Shown here: positions 18,317-28,277 of the stretch, one piece after another
Layout of the letters: each line of letters begins with the position of its first letter
Numbering within the stretch: position 1 is the stretch's first letter
Assembly: GCA_028705215.1 (NCBI GenBank)
Contig: JAQWDY010000001.1
Coordinates: 32,785-96,784 of the forward strand
Length of the DNA: 64,000 bases
Direction: 5' to 3'
From: Patescibacteria group bacterium
Lineage (GTDB): Bacteria > Patescibacteriota > Patescibacteriia > Patescibacteriales > UBA12465
Position numbers and translations under genes: made by a program
The notes under the pieces: model-generated
Databases searched by the model: none
Told to the model about the DNA's origin: nothing
Seen by the model: the letters and a program-made list of their open reading frames with translations, nothing else

Positions 18317-19924
18317 TTATAGTTTTTTTACCATGTATCCGTCCTTTAACTGATACTTTAACTTGCGATAATAATCCCTGACCCCCACGCCAGAAATAAT
18401 AGATATTTTTTTTATCTTGTGCGCTCTTGTGATTTCTTCTGCTTTTTTTATTAACTCCTTTCCCAAACCAAGGTGTTGGACTTTGCCATCAGTGCCAACA
18501 CTGGTTAACTCTCCGTATACATGAAGTTCTCTTATGATTGCTGGGGAAATTTTACTTTTTTCATCAAGACGTAAACGACAAAAACCATAGAGAGTTTTGT
18601 TGTCATCACTATCAACGCTAATAAAAAACTCTCTGCCCTCTGCCGCTTGATACTCTTTTACATTAATTTGCCATTTTTTTAAAACTTCTTCTTTCGCTTC
18701 ACGACAACGAATACAGTTACATTTTACCCCCCTATCTTTCATTATTTGTCTTAAATTAGTAATTTTATTACCTGCCTCAATTGATTCTCCTGGTATATCG
18801 CGAATTAGTCGAATAATTCTTACATAGGGTGGAACTATTTTCTTACATTTTATAATTAAGTCTTGCAGCTGCTTATTGGTATAGGCCTTATATTTACCTT
18901 GTTTAAACCACTTATAAAGAAGACTACCTTTTACCACTACTGTGGGATAAAATTTAATTTGATCAGGCTGAAAACGGCTATCAGAGAATATTTTTTTGAA
19001 CATGGCATAATCTTTAGCTGGCGTGGATCCTGGTAGAGCTGGCATTAGGTGATAGGTAATTTTAAAACCATAACGTCGCATTAATAGGGTTGCCATCACT
19101 GTCTCTTTTACTCCGTGCCCCCTTTTATTTAAATCCAGAATCTTATCATCTATTGCTTGCACCCCGACTTCGATTCTAGTACATCCAAGATCTCTCATTT
19201 CCTCTAATTCATCTTCATTAATATAATCTGGTCTTGTCTCTAAGGTTAAGCCAATAATTTTATATTTTGCCTTTTCGTTTTTTTTCTGCTCAATTTTTAA
19301 GTATTCTTCTAATTTTTTCTGACTTAACTTTTGACTATAGGGCAATTTAATCTTATTTAAAACCAGGTCTTCTCCCTTTTGCTCTTTTTTTATTTTATTA
19401 AAATCATTTGCTGCGCGAAAACAATTAAGAATATACCAATACTTATATCTTTTTGGTAAGTAACTCCACGTTCCACCAATAACAATAACTTCCATTTTAG
19501 TAGGTTCATGCCCATTATTTTCTAGTGCCTTGAGGCGCCACACAACTTGTTTATAAGGATGATAGGCGCACCTTATTGCTCGCATTACCGCTGGCTCATT
19601 AGACAAATAACTAACTGGCACATCTTTTTGATGAGGACAATAAGCGCAATTGCCCGGACAGGGATAAAATTTTGTTAAAACAGCCACTGGCGCTATTCCT
19701 GATAAGGTTCTAATAGACCTTTTTCTTAACAATTTTTCAAAAGACTGACTTTTATTAACTTTATGCTTATTTACTAATTCTTTATAGGTTTTTAGAATTT
19801 GCGCATTAGTAATAGCTGATAATTTGTACGTTTTACAAAACTCTCTTTTTATAATTTCCAAGTCATCTCTATTTTTTGCTTGTTTTATTGCCTTTATTAC
19901 TAATTTTTTTATTGCTTCTATCAT
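18317..19924 (-). CDS. elp3: Elp3-family tRNA uridine(34) modification enzyme (radical-SAM plus C-terminal GNAT acetyltransferase)
   Basis: 535 aa; radical SAM Cys triad CPGNCAYCP, central ...IGGTWSYLP... region, C-terminal GNAT motif ...IRELHVYGELTSVG...HLGLGKELIKKAEE. Confidence 0.8.
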   Translation of the reverse strand: MIEAIKKLVIKAIKQAKNRDDLEIIKREFCKTYKLSAITNAQILKTYKELVNKHKVNKSQSFEKLLRKRSIRTLSGIAPVAVLTKFYPCPGNCAYCPHQKDVPVSYLSNEPAVMRAIRCAYHPYKQVVWRLKALENNGHEPTKMEVIVIGGTWSYLPKRYKYWYILNCFRAANDFNKIKKEQKGEDLVLNKIKLPYSQKLSQKKLEEYLKIEQKKNEKAKYKIIGLTLETRPDYINEDELEEMRDLGCTRIEVGVQAIDDKILDLNKRGHGVKETVMATLLMRRYGFKITYHLMPALPGSTPAKDYAMFKKIFSDSRFQPDQIKFYPTVVVKGSLLYKWFKQGKYKAYTNKQLQDLIIKCKKIVPPYVRIIRLIRDIPGESIEAGNKITNLRQIMKDRGVKCNCIRCREAKEEVLKKWQINVKEYQAAEGREFFISVDSDDNKTLYGFCRLRLDEKSKISPAIIRELHVYGELTSVGTDGKVQHLGLGKELIKKAEEITRAHKIKKISIISGVGVRDYYRKLKYQLKDGYMVKKL

Positions 19925-19993
19925 TTTTTTAGAGTATAATTTAAATATAATCTAATTAAGAATACTATATTTTTTAAAAATTAACAATCTTTT

Positions 19994-21133
19994 ATGAAAA
20001 TAAAAATAGCGCTTATTGCTTTATTTATCTCTCTTCTGTCGTTACCCTTTTTACCAGTAAATGCCGCCTCAGAGAAAGAAAAGGGAACAGTCTTTGTCTC
20101 AGCTGACGAAAATATAACCGGCAACCTTTTTGCGGCTGGAGAAAACATAATTGTTGATGGCATAGTCGGTGGCGATTTAATAGCAGCCGCCAATTATATT
20201 ACTGTTACTGGTCGAATTGAGGGAGATATAATTGCTGTTGGCCAAAACATTAACATTGAAGGTGAGGTTGGTGGAAATGTGCGTGTCTTTGGTAGCAATA
20301 TTAATATCAATGGCTCAATTTCACGTAATCTTAACGCTTTTGGCTCGCAGGTCACAATTGGAAATGAAACAAGAATTGGCTGGGACGCTATTGTTGGTGG
20401 CTCCGCAACAACAATTAGAGGCAATATAATAGGCGCACTTGATTCCTACTCACAAAAAACTTTTATTGCTGGCAAGGTTGGTAAAAATGTTAAAGTTAGA
20501 GTTTTAAACAACGAAGACGACGGTTTAATAATAGATAAAAATAGTGTTATTAATGGAAATTTAGATTACTACTCTAAAGAAGAACTAAATTTAAATGCCA
20601 ATAGTAGTATTTCTGGGGATATAACTTGGCAAAATTTAAATATTAATAAAAAATCACCTTTCTTGAGTTGGTTATGGGAAGCCGCCTTTTCCTTTTTATC
20701 AGTTTTATTTATTGGCCTTTTCTTTATTTTTATAACCCCCCGTTTAAGTCGACAGTTTATTAAAGAAGCAAAAAATAAAACCGGAAAAACATTATTATGG
20801 GGCAGTCTTTTCACTTTAATAGCTATTCCTCTAGCTTTAATTTTAGCCTTTACTATTATCGGCATCCCTCTTTCAATAATTTTAATTTCTCTTTGGCTAG
20901 CTGGTTTGTTTGTTGGCAAAACTATCGCCACTCTAATACTGGGCGATCTTATCTTTACCAAAATTTTAAAACGAGAAAAGGTTCATTTGTTTTGGGTCTT
21001 GCTAATAGGCTCATTTGTTTTATCATTAATATCATTAATCCCTTGGTTTGGCTGGATTTTTAGCTTTGTAGCAATCTGGCTTGGCCTGGGAAGCATTTTA
21101 TCTTATGTTATCAATAAACCCAAAAATATTTAA
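19994..21133 (+). CDS. bactofilin-like (beta-helical polymer-forming) domain fused to a C-terminal multi-TM region, with signal peptide
   Basis: 379 aa; N-terminal signal peptide (MKIKIALIALFISLLSLPFLPVNA), ~10 tandem ~18-aa repeats of G.I.V.G.VGG.... typical of bactofilin/DUF583 beta-helices, then four hydrophobic helices (SWLWEAAFSFLSVLFIGLFFIFI ... IPWFGWIFSFVAIWLGLG). Confidence 0.5.
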   Translation: MKIKIALIALFISLLSLPFLPVNAASEKEKGTVFVSADENITGNLFAAGENIIVDGIVGGDLIAAANYITVTGRIEGDIIAVGQNINIEGEVGGNVRVFGSNININGSISRNLNAFGSQVTIGNETRIGWDAIVGGSATTIRGNIIGALDSYSQKTFIAGKVGKNVKVRVLNNEDDGLIIDKNSVINGNLDYYSKEELNLNANSSISGDITWQNLNINKKSPFLSWLWEAAFSFLSVLFIGLFFIFITPRLSRQFIKEAKNKTGKTLLWGSLFTLIAIPLALILAFTIIGIPLSIILISLWLAGLFVGKTIATLILGDLIFTKILKREKVHLFWVLLIGSFVLSLISLIPWFGWIFSFVAIWLGLGSILSYVINKPKNI

Positions 21134-22484
21134 AGCCTACGACATTAGAGGTATTTACGGACAAGATTTTGACAATGAACTAGCCTATTTGCTTGGTCTT
21201 GCCTTTGTTGAACTCAAGAAACATGATGATGATTATAATAGGGAAAGACCCTTAAATCTTGCCGTTGCTCGCGACATGAGAGAATCTTCTTTAATGTTAA
21301 AAGATAACTTAATTCGTGGCCTTACCGCCGCTGGCGCCAATGTTTTTGATCTTGACTTAGTTTCGACACCAAGTTTTTATTTTGCAGTTGGGAAAAATAA
21401 TTATGATGGCGGAATAATGATTTCTGCCTCTCACAATCCAAAAGAGTGGAACGGCTTTAAGTTAGTAAGAAGAAATGGTCGTCCTGTTAGTGGCGACACT
21501 GGAATCATGTTTTTAAAAGACAAGATATTTGAGAATAAATTCATGCCTCCATTAAAACCAGGAATTGTTACCAAAATATCTGGCACTCTTGAAGAGGAGC
21601 TTTCCTTTTCCTTTGCCAATATTAACTCCGAATTAATTAAACCTTTAAAGGTTGTAGCTGATGCTGCCAATAGTATGGGGGCTCTCTATTTGGAAAAAAT
21701 ATTTACCCACTTAAAACAATGTGAGTTGATAAAATTAAATTTTACTCTTGACGGCACCTTTCCTGCTCATGAAGCCGACCCTTTAAAAGAAGAAAATTTG
21801 GCCCAGCTTAAGGCAGCGGTTATAAAAAATAAGGCTGATTTAGGCATCGCTACTGATGGTGATGGTGATAGGATATTTTTCATTGATAATAAAGGGGAGG
21901 TAATAAAGCCCTCTATATTAAGAGGCTTATTAGCAAAAATATTCTTAAAAGATCAACCTGGGGCTAAAATTGGTTATGATGTTAGGCCAGGAAAAATTAC
22001 AATAGACATGATTAATGAAAGTGGTGGTATTCCAGTGGTAACTAAAGTGGGGCACTCCTTAATTAAAGAACAAATGTTAACAGAAGGAATTTATTTTGCT
22101 GGTGAATCATCGGGACACTTTTACCTAAATACTGCGGTTGGCTGTTTTGAGTATCCAACATTGATGATTTTAAAATTATTAATTGAATTTTCAAGCACCT
22201 CAGAGCCAACATCTTTATATATAGAAAAATATGAAAAGTATTATGCTTCAGGGGAAATTAATTGCGCTGTAATTGATAAGGAGGCTGTTTTTACAAGAAT
22301 TAAAAACACTTTCTCTGATGGAAAAATAAATACCCTTGATGGTGTTAGTGTAAGTTATGATAATTTTTGGTTTAACGTTAGAGGGTCAAATACTGAAGAA
22401 AAGGTACGCTTAAATTTAGAAGCAATAAATGAAGATCTTGTAAAAGAGAAAACGGAAGAAATATTAAAAATAATTAAACAATAA
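21105..22484 (+). CDS. phosphoglucomutase / phosphomannomutase (alpha-D-phosphohexomutase family)
   Basis: ORF from TTG 21081; the ATG at 21105 gives MLSINPKIFKAYDIRG, the canonical N-terminus. Active-site ISASHNPKEWNGFK (phosphoserine loop); metal-binding DGDGDR. Confidence 0.8.
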   Translation: MLSINPKIFKAYDIRGIYGQDFDNELAYLLGLAFVELKKHDDDYNRERPLNLAVARDMRESSLMLKDNLIRGLTAAGANVFDLDLVSTPSFYFAVGKNNYDGGIMISASHNPKEWNGFKLVRRNGRPVSGDTGIMFLKDKIFENKFMPPLKPGIVTKISGTLEEELSFSFANINSELIKPLKVVADAANSMGALYLEKIFTHLKQCELIKLNFTLDGTFPAHEADPLKEENLAQLKAAVIKNKADLGIATDGDGDRIFFIDNKGEVIKPSILRGLLAKIFLKDQPGAKIGYDVRPGKITIDMINESGGIPVVTKVGHSLIKEQMLTEGIYFAGESSGHFYLNTAVGCFEYPTLMILKLLIEFSSTSEPTSLYIEKYEKYYASGEINCAVIDKEAVFTRIKNTFSDGKINTLDGVSVSYDNFWFNVRGSNTEEKVRLNLEAINEDLVKEKTEEILKIIKQ

Positions 22485-22542
22485 ATAAACCATAAATATA
22501 ATAAAAAAGAGGTTATATTGTTAACCTCTTTTTTATTATTTA

Positions 22543-22827
22543 TTATTTTTTTCTCTCCACTTCAAGTGTAGCTTTAGATAGCAAGGCGGCCAAGGCACCA
22601 ACGGCAGCCAACATTGGTGCAAAAACCGTTCCAACAACCGCCACAGTAACAGGAATTTCCATAATCACATCATCATTTTCATCTTTAATTTTAATTCTTC
22701 TTACATTTCCCTCTTTTATTAATTCTTTAATTTTTTTTATCATCTCATAACCAGCAACCTTAATCTTTTCCTTTTTTTTAGTTTTTTTTGAACTAGTTTT
22801 TTTTGAACTAGTTTTTTTTGTTGCCAT
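22543..22827 (-). CDS. DUF4342-family small protein with N-terminal (KKTSS)n basic repeat
   Basis: 94 aa; ...IKELIKEGNVRRIKIKDENDDVIMEIPVTVAVVGTVFAPMLAAVGALAALLSKATLEVERKK matches the DUF4342 pattern from memory. The N-terminus is encoded by 15-nt tandem repeats at 22781..22820. Confidence 0.45.
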   Translation of the reverse strand: MATKKTSSKKTSSKKTKKKEKIKVAGYEMIKKIKELIKEGNVRRIKIKDENDDVIMEIPVTVAVVGTVFAPMLAAVGALAALLSKATLEVERKK

Positions 22828-22838
22828 ATATTTTATAT

Positions 22839-24515
22839 TTAGTTAAAGTAAGCATTTTGAATATAATCTCTTACTACTCTATCTGTGTTAAAATAAGAAG
22901 CATTAATTGCTATAGAAAAACGCATAATTTCACGCCACACTTCTGGCTTGTGATAAAAACAAGGAAGAATATCGTTTTCTAATAAATCATAAATACAAGC
23001 CGCATCTTTTTCATCTTGTTTTTTGTTTCCAGTCTTTTTTGAGCAACTAATCGCCCAGCCTGTTTTATCTTTAATATATCCCTCATGCCACCAACCATCA
23101 AGAGTGCTCAATTGGGGGATGCCGTTATGGGCTGCTTTCATGCCACTGGTGCCAGAAGCTTCATTGGGAGGAAGGGGGTTATTGAGCCATATATCAACAC
23201 CAGCGGTCACAAGCTTTGCTAACTTCATGTCATAGTTTTCCAAAAAAGCTATTTTTATTCTTTTTCCGTATCTCTTTTTTATTTCATTTAATTCTTTAAT
23301 AAGGCTTTTACCAATTTCATCCTGTGGATGAGCCTTGCCACTATAGACTAGTTGAATTTTTCCAACTTTATCATGAATAGATAAAAACTTTTTTATATCA
23401 TTAAATAATAAGGTTGGTCTTTTATAGGCGGTAAAACGTCGCGCAAAACCAATGGTAAAAACTTGAGCCGCAAACTTTTCTCCGGTTTTATTTTCTATCA
23501 CCTTTAAAAGACGCTTTTTTGCACTTTGATGAGCTAACCATATTTTATTAAGTGGAATTGAAAAAGCGTGCCTTAAAGATAGGCCTGATTCTCGCCACTC
23601 CGGAATATATTCATCAAAAAGTGCGATAAATTCTGGCGCCGTCCAGGTAAGAGAGTGCACACCATTGGTAACATTATTAATTACATGCTTCGGAAACATC
23701 TTTCTTGTAACTTTTTGATGACTACTTGCCACTCCATTTATATAATCACTAAAGTATAGAGCGATCTCAGTCATATTCACCTTATTGCCTGTAACCAAGC
23801 CTGGCAATTTATCAGGAAAATCAGGTTGGTAGTGTTTTACTTTTTCTATTGGAAAAATATCATTAGCTGTTTTTAATGGGGTATGAGTAGTAAAAACACA
23901 AGTCCTTTTTACTTTTGCTATTCTCTCTTTTACACTCCCCTTTTCATCTAAAAATTTAGCAATAGCTACAAAACTTCCATGCCCTTCGTTAATGTGAAGC
24001 TTTTCTATAGAATATCCTATTTTTTTTATCACCTCATAACCACCACGACCAAGTATCATCTCCTGTAAAAGACGATATTCTCTATCACCACCGTATAAAT
24101 GATCGGTTAAACCTCGATATTTCTCCTTATTCTTTTTCAAGTTGGTGTCTAATAAAATTACTGGAACAGAAAAACCCTTAGCGGATTTAATAATGTATTC
24201 CCAAGCCGCAATATAAACTTTATCTCTATTTATTTTTATTGAAACCTCGCTCTTTATTTTTTTTAACTTAGAAAAATTATAAGCTTTAAAAAGATTTTCT
24301 TTCTGCTCACCTTTTTTATTTATTTTTTGATTAAAATAGCCATAGCGATTAATCAGCGTTACTCCAATTATCGGAACATTTAAATCAGCTGCAGAGCGCA
24401 ATATGTCGCCCGCCAAAACCCCCAAGCCCCCGGAATAGGTTTTGATGTCTGGATGCATGCCAATTTCCATGCTAAAATAGGCAATTTTATACTTTTCTTT
24501 TTCTTGTTTTTTCAT
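22839..24515 (-). CDS. alpha-glucan (glycogen/maltodextrin) phosphorylase, GT35 family, short form
   Basis: 558 aa; YFSMEIGMHPDIKTYSGGLGVLAGD N-terminus and EASGTSGMKAAHNGIPQLSTLDGWW (PLP-Lys region of GT35 phosphorylases). Confidence 0.8.
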   Translation of the reverse strand: MKKQEKEKYKIAYFSMEIGMHPDIKTYSGGLGVLAGDILRSAADLNVPIIGVTLINRYGYFNQKINKKGEQKENLFKAYNFSKLKKIKSEVSIKINRDKVYIAAWEYIIKSAKGFSVPVILLDTNLKKNKEKYRGLTDHLYGGDREYRLLQEMILGRGGYEVIKKIGYSIEKLHINEGHGSFVAIAKFLDEKGSVKERIAKVKRTCVFTTHTPLKTANDIFPIEKVKHYQPDFPDKLPGLVTGNKVNMTEIALYFSDYINGVASSHQKVTRKMFPKHVINNVTNGVHSLTWTAPEFIALFDEYIPEWRESGLSLRHAFSIPLNKIWLAHQSAKKRLLKVIENKTGEKFAAQVFTIGFARRFTAYKRPTLLFNDIKKFLSIHDKVGKIQLVYSGKAHPQDEIGKSLIKELNEIKKRYGKRIKIAFLENYDMKLAKLVTAGVDIWLNNPLPPNEASGTSGMKAAHNGIPQLSTLDGWWHEGYIKDKTGWAISCSKKTGNKKQDEKDAACIYDLLENDILPCFYHKPEVWREIMRFSIAINASYFNTDRVVRDYIQNAYFN

Positions 24516-24519
24516 TTAT

Positions 24520-27363
24520 TTAAGATATTGTAATCATTATTTCGTTACTCTTCTTCGTTTCGCCACTCCAAGTTTTAATCTCCGCATAGACTTTGTATGC
24601 ACCCTTATCAATCAAATCTCCTTGCCAATAAACTTCAAAAATTTCTCCATTTACCCCATTTATATCTCCCAATAACTTGCTATCACTTCCATCTTCTCTG
24701 CTTAAAAATACTAAGATTCTCGATACATTATCAGGATTACTTACACCAACCGATATATTTAAGGGAAAATCTATTTGATTTACAGCAATACCGCTACTTG
24801 GAGAAATGATTGCAACCGTGCTCGGCTCATTATTACTTATTGTTTTATTTTTTAAATTGAAGTCAAGGCTATCTTCGGCGCAATTATTTACATCATCGCA
24901 AACTCTTACCAAAAGATTGTGATAACCTTTATCAAGTGGTGGCAATTTTTCATTGATTAAAGATTCATTACCAGTTTTTGTTTGCCACAAACTGCCGTTT
25001 ATAAAATAATTAATCTGGCTTACCCCCCTTAAAGCACTAGCTGCAATTTCAACTACTAAGTTATTATCTGATATCTCTTGTTTATCATTAGGACTAATTA
25101 TCTTTATTTCCGGAATATTTTCTGGCGAGTGCAAATTATCAAAATCATTCAAAAGCTTAGTTGAAGTCGCATTTTCTTCCGCCCACGCTAAAACCGCCGA
25201 TTCCCATAATTCAAATTGTGGATCAGCACTTGGGTCTTCGGGAACCTCCCCTCGCGGATCATCTTTATCTACATAAAATAAAATAGAGTGGGCTTCAGGA
25301 ATCTTCATATTAGAAATCAATTCTGGCGGGGTTTGTCCGCTAGCTAATTCCCCAGTCGTTGTATCTATTTTTATCTCTCTTTCTGGAATTTCACCATCCA
25401 AAATTCCTTTACCCGTTTTATAATCATCAGGCGTTTTAAAATTTTCTATTGGCGTGTCTCCCAATACTCGAGACATAAAAGCATTCCAAATTGGAGCGGC
25501 AACTGTGCTCCCCCCAGCTCCCCGATTCATCTCTTCATTATTATTATTTCCCACCCAAACTCCAGTTACAATAGAAGGCGTATAACCAATGGTCCACGCA
25601 TCGCGATAATCATTAGTGGTTCCTGTTTTGGCAGCGACTGGACGACCAGAAATTACTAGATCATTTCTTTCGCCAAAAGCATAGGCGCGCGCTGAATTAT
25701 CAGATAATATGTTATTTATCATCCTGCTGGTTTGCACGCCCAACACATCCCTTTCTTCAGATTTGTATTCTTCTATTATATTCCCATTCTTATCTTCTAT
25801 TTTTAAAATACTAACTATATTATTAATTTTACCCTCTCTGGCAAAGATGCTGTAGGCATTAACATGCTCTAAAAGCTTCACCTCTGCCCCACCAAGGACC
25901 AAGGCAAGACCAAAACGTTCCCTTGGGTACAAAGTGGTATAACCCGCCTTATCGGCTAAATTTAGAACATCATTTACACCAGCTAAATAAAGCGCCTTAA
26001 CTGCTGGGATATTTAATGAACCGGCTAAAGCCTTTCTCACACTAACTGGTCCATTTTCTTTTAAATTATAGTTTTTAGGAGTATAAGGCTCACTCTCTGA
26101 AAAATTTGTTATTACATCATATAGGACTGTGTCTGGGGTATAACCTTTTTCAAACAAAGCGGCGTAAACTAGTGGTTTAAGGGATGATCCTGGTTGTCTT
26201 GATCTAAGAGCAACGTTTACTTGACCATCGATGTCGTTATTAAAATAATCACGGGATCCAACCATGGCTAAAACTTGTCCTGTTTTAGGATCAATAGAAA
26301 CTAAGGCCGCATTATTAGCGTTATATTTCTCCTCATATTCAACTGTTTTTTCTGCTATAACCTCTTCGGCGATTTGTTGTTTATATAAATCAAGGGTTGT
26401 GTAAATTTTTAATCCTTCCTGTTCTATCATTTTTTCTCCATACTTTTCCGCTAAGATGTCTTTAATATACATAACAAAATGGGGAGCGGTAATATTTGTT
26501 TCTGGGCCAGCGAAAACAATTTCTTCTTGTTTGGCTTGCTCTGCCTCTTCTTTACTAATATGCCCCTGTTGTTCCATTAGAGTAATAACATAATCCTTTC
26601 TTCCTAAAAGGAAATCTTTATTAGGCCCATAAGGAGAATAACGCGATGGAGCTTGCACTAAGGCGGATAAAAGAGCTGCCTCAGCGATACTTATATCTTT
26701 AGCGTTTTTATTAAAATATTTTTGACTTGCCGCCTCTATTCCATAAGCATTGGATCCATAAGGAATTTCATTTAAATACATTTGCAAAATTTCATCCTTA
26801 CTAAATTTTTTTTCCAATCTGTAAGCCAATACTATTTCTTTTATTTTTCTGGTTATTTTCTTCTCCGGAGTTAAAACAGCGTTTTTAACAAACTGTTGTG
26901 TAAGTGTTGACCCTCCAGCGGTACGATTATAGATTACATTAGTAATCGCAGTCCTAAACATTGCCCATATACTAAAACCACTGTGGTGATAGAAATTTTT
27001 ATCCTCAAGCGAAATTGATGCCCATTTTACATGATCGGGTAAATCGGATAAGGAGATAAGCGTTCTTTTTTCATCGCCATGTATCTCATATAGGATGTGC
27101 TCGCCAGTTCTATCATAAATTTTAGTGCTTTGCGTAATTTCTCTTTCCAATAATTGATTAGGGTTAGGGATGTCACGTGAGATCCAGGCGACAAAAGCAA
27201 CAACAGCAACCACAGAAAAAAGAGCCGCCCAGAGGGCGATAAATAACAACTTCTTTTTCCAAGGTTTCTTTTTATCTGTTCTGCTAGTATTTCTATAAGT
27301 CGTTCTCACCACTTGATTTTTCCATGAATCAGAAGACTTTTGTTTTCTTGTATTTTTTGTCAT
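24520..27363 (-). CDS. class A penicillin-binding protein (PBP1A-type transglycosylase/transpeptidase) with long C-terminal extension
   Basis: 947 aa; N-terminal TM anchor, GT51 motifs (ISLEDKNFYHHSGF, RTAGGSTLTQQ), transpeptidase SxxK (GSSLKP), SxN and KTGT motifs, ~250-aa C-terminal beta-rich extension. Confidence 0.85.
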   Translation of the reverse strand: MTKNTRKQKSSDSWKNQVVRTTYRNTSRTDKKKPWKKKLLFIALWAALFSVVAVVAFVAWISRDIPNPNQLLEREITQSTKIYDRTGEHILYEIHGDEKRTLISLSDLPDHVKWASISLEDKNFYHHSGFSIWAMFRTAITNVIYNRTAGGSTLTQQFVKNAVLTPEKKITRKIKEIVLAYRLEKKFSKDEILQMYLNEIPYGSNAYGIEAASQKYFNKNAKDISIAEAALLSALVQAPSRYSPYGPNKDFLLGRKDYVITLMEQQGHISKEEAEQAKQEEIVFAGPETNITAPHFVMYIKDILAEKYGEKMIEQEGLKIYTTLDLYKQQIAEEVIAEKTVEYEEKYNANNAALVSIDPKTGQVLAMVGSRDYFNNDIDGQVNVALRSRQPGSSLKPLVYAALFEKGYTPDTVLYDVITNFSESEPYTPKNYNLKENGPVSVRKALAGSLNIPAVKALYLAGVNDVLNLADKAGYTTLYPRERFGLALVLGGAEVKLLEHVNAYSIFAREGKINNIVSILKIEDKNGNIIEEYKSEERDVLGVQTSRMINNILSDNSARAYAFGERNDLVISGRPVAAKTGTTNDYRDAWTIGYTPSIVTGVWVGNNNNEEMNRGAGGSTVAAPIWNAFMSRVLGDTPIENFKTPDDYKTGKGILDGEIPEREIKIDTTTGELASGQTPPELISNMKIPEAHSILFYVDKDDPRGEVPEDPSADPQFELWESAVLAWAEENATSTKLLNDFDNLHSPENIPEIKIISPNDKQEISDNNLVVEIAASALRGVSQINYFINGSLWQTKTGNESLINEKLPPLDKGYHNLLVRVCDDVNNCAEDSLDFNLKNKTISNNEPSTVAIISPSSGIAVNQIDFPLNISVGVSNPDNVSRILVFLSREDGSDSKLLGDINGVNGEIFEVYWQGDLIDKGAYKVYAEIKTWSGETKKSNEIMITIS

Positions 27364-27439
27364 AAAATTATTATATCATATTTTACCATTGTTGTCCCTT
27401 ATATGATTTTATTAAATTTTGCTCTATAATGTAAATATT

Positions 27440-28231
27440 ATGAATAATAAAAAAACTATTACTAGCGAAAAAAACGAAATAATTAAAGATCTTTTATCTT
27501 TAAAAAAGAGTAGAAATCGAAAAAAAACGGGAGTTTTTTTGATAGATGGTCGCAGGGAATTAGAGATTGCGATAAGAGCAAATGTAGAAATAGAGAAGAT
27601 TTTTATCTGTCCCGACTTTATTGTTAAAGAAAATTTTTCCCTTGAAGATTATCAAAAATACGAGACAACTTTTGTTTCAAAAGCTATTTTTAAAAAAATA
27701 GCTTACAAAGAAAACCCTGACGGTTTTCTTGCCTTAGCTAAAAAACAAAAAGCCAATCTAAATAATATTAAGCCTCAAACTAAAGAAATTATTATTATCT
27801 TAGAAATGGTTGAAAAGCCTGGTAATTTAGGCGCGATTGTTAGAACTGCTTATGCGGCAGGTGTAAAAAATATAATTTTAACAAACTGTCAGACAGACAT
27901 CTATAACCCCAATGTTATCAGATCTAGTGAGGGGCTAATCTTTAAACTAAATATTATAGAATTAGATAACGCAACAACCCTCTCTTTCTTAGAAAAAAAT
28001 AATATTAAAACATTTTGTGCAGCTACTACTGCTAGTAAAAATTACACAAAAGTTAATTACCCGCAAAAATGTGCTCTAGTCTTTGGGTCAGAAGCTTTTG
28101 GTTTAAGTGATTTTTGGTTAAATAATAAAGAAAATAATATTAAAATTCCCATGGTTTTAGGAATAGACTCTCTTAACGTTTCGGTATCGGTAGCAATAAT
28201 ATTATTTGAGGCATTAAGACAAAATAGTTAG
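27440..28231 (+). CDS. TrmH/SpoU-family RNA 2-prime-O-methyltransferase (RlmB-like)
   Basis: ORF from TTG 27419; the ATG at 27440 (MNNKKT...) is the more likely start because a TATAAT lies at 27425..27430. SPOUT motifs ...LEMVEKPGNLGAIVRTAYAAG... and ...NVSVSVAIILFE. Confidence 0.75.
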   Translation: MNNKKTITSEKNEIIKDLLSLKKSRNRKKTGVFLIDGRRELEIAIRANVEIEKIFICPDFIVKENFSLEDYQKYETTFVSKAIFKKIAYKENPDGFLALAKKQKANLNNIKPQTKEIIIILEMVEKPGNLGAIVRTAYAAGVKNIILTNCQTDIYNPNVIRSSEGLIFKLNIIELDNATTLSFLEKNNIKTFCAATTASKNYTKVNYPQKCALVFGSEAFGLSDFWLNNKENNIKIPMVLGIDSLNVSVSVAIILFEALRQNS

Positions 28232-28277
28232 TTTGACAAGAAGCTTCATTTTTATTACTATAAGACAAGAAAATTAT

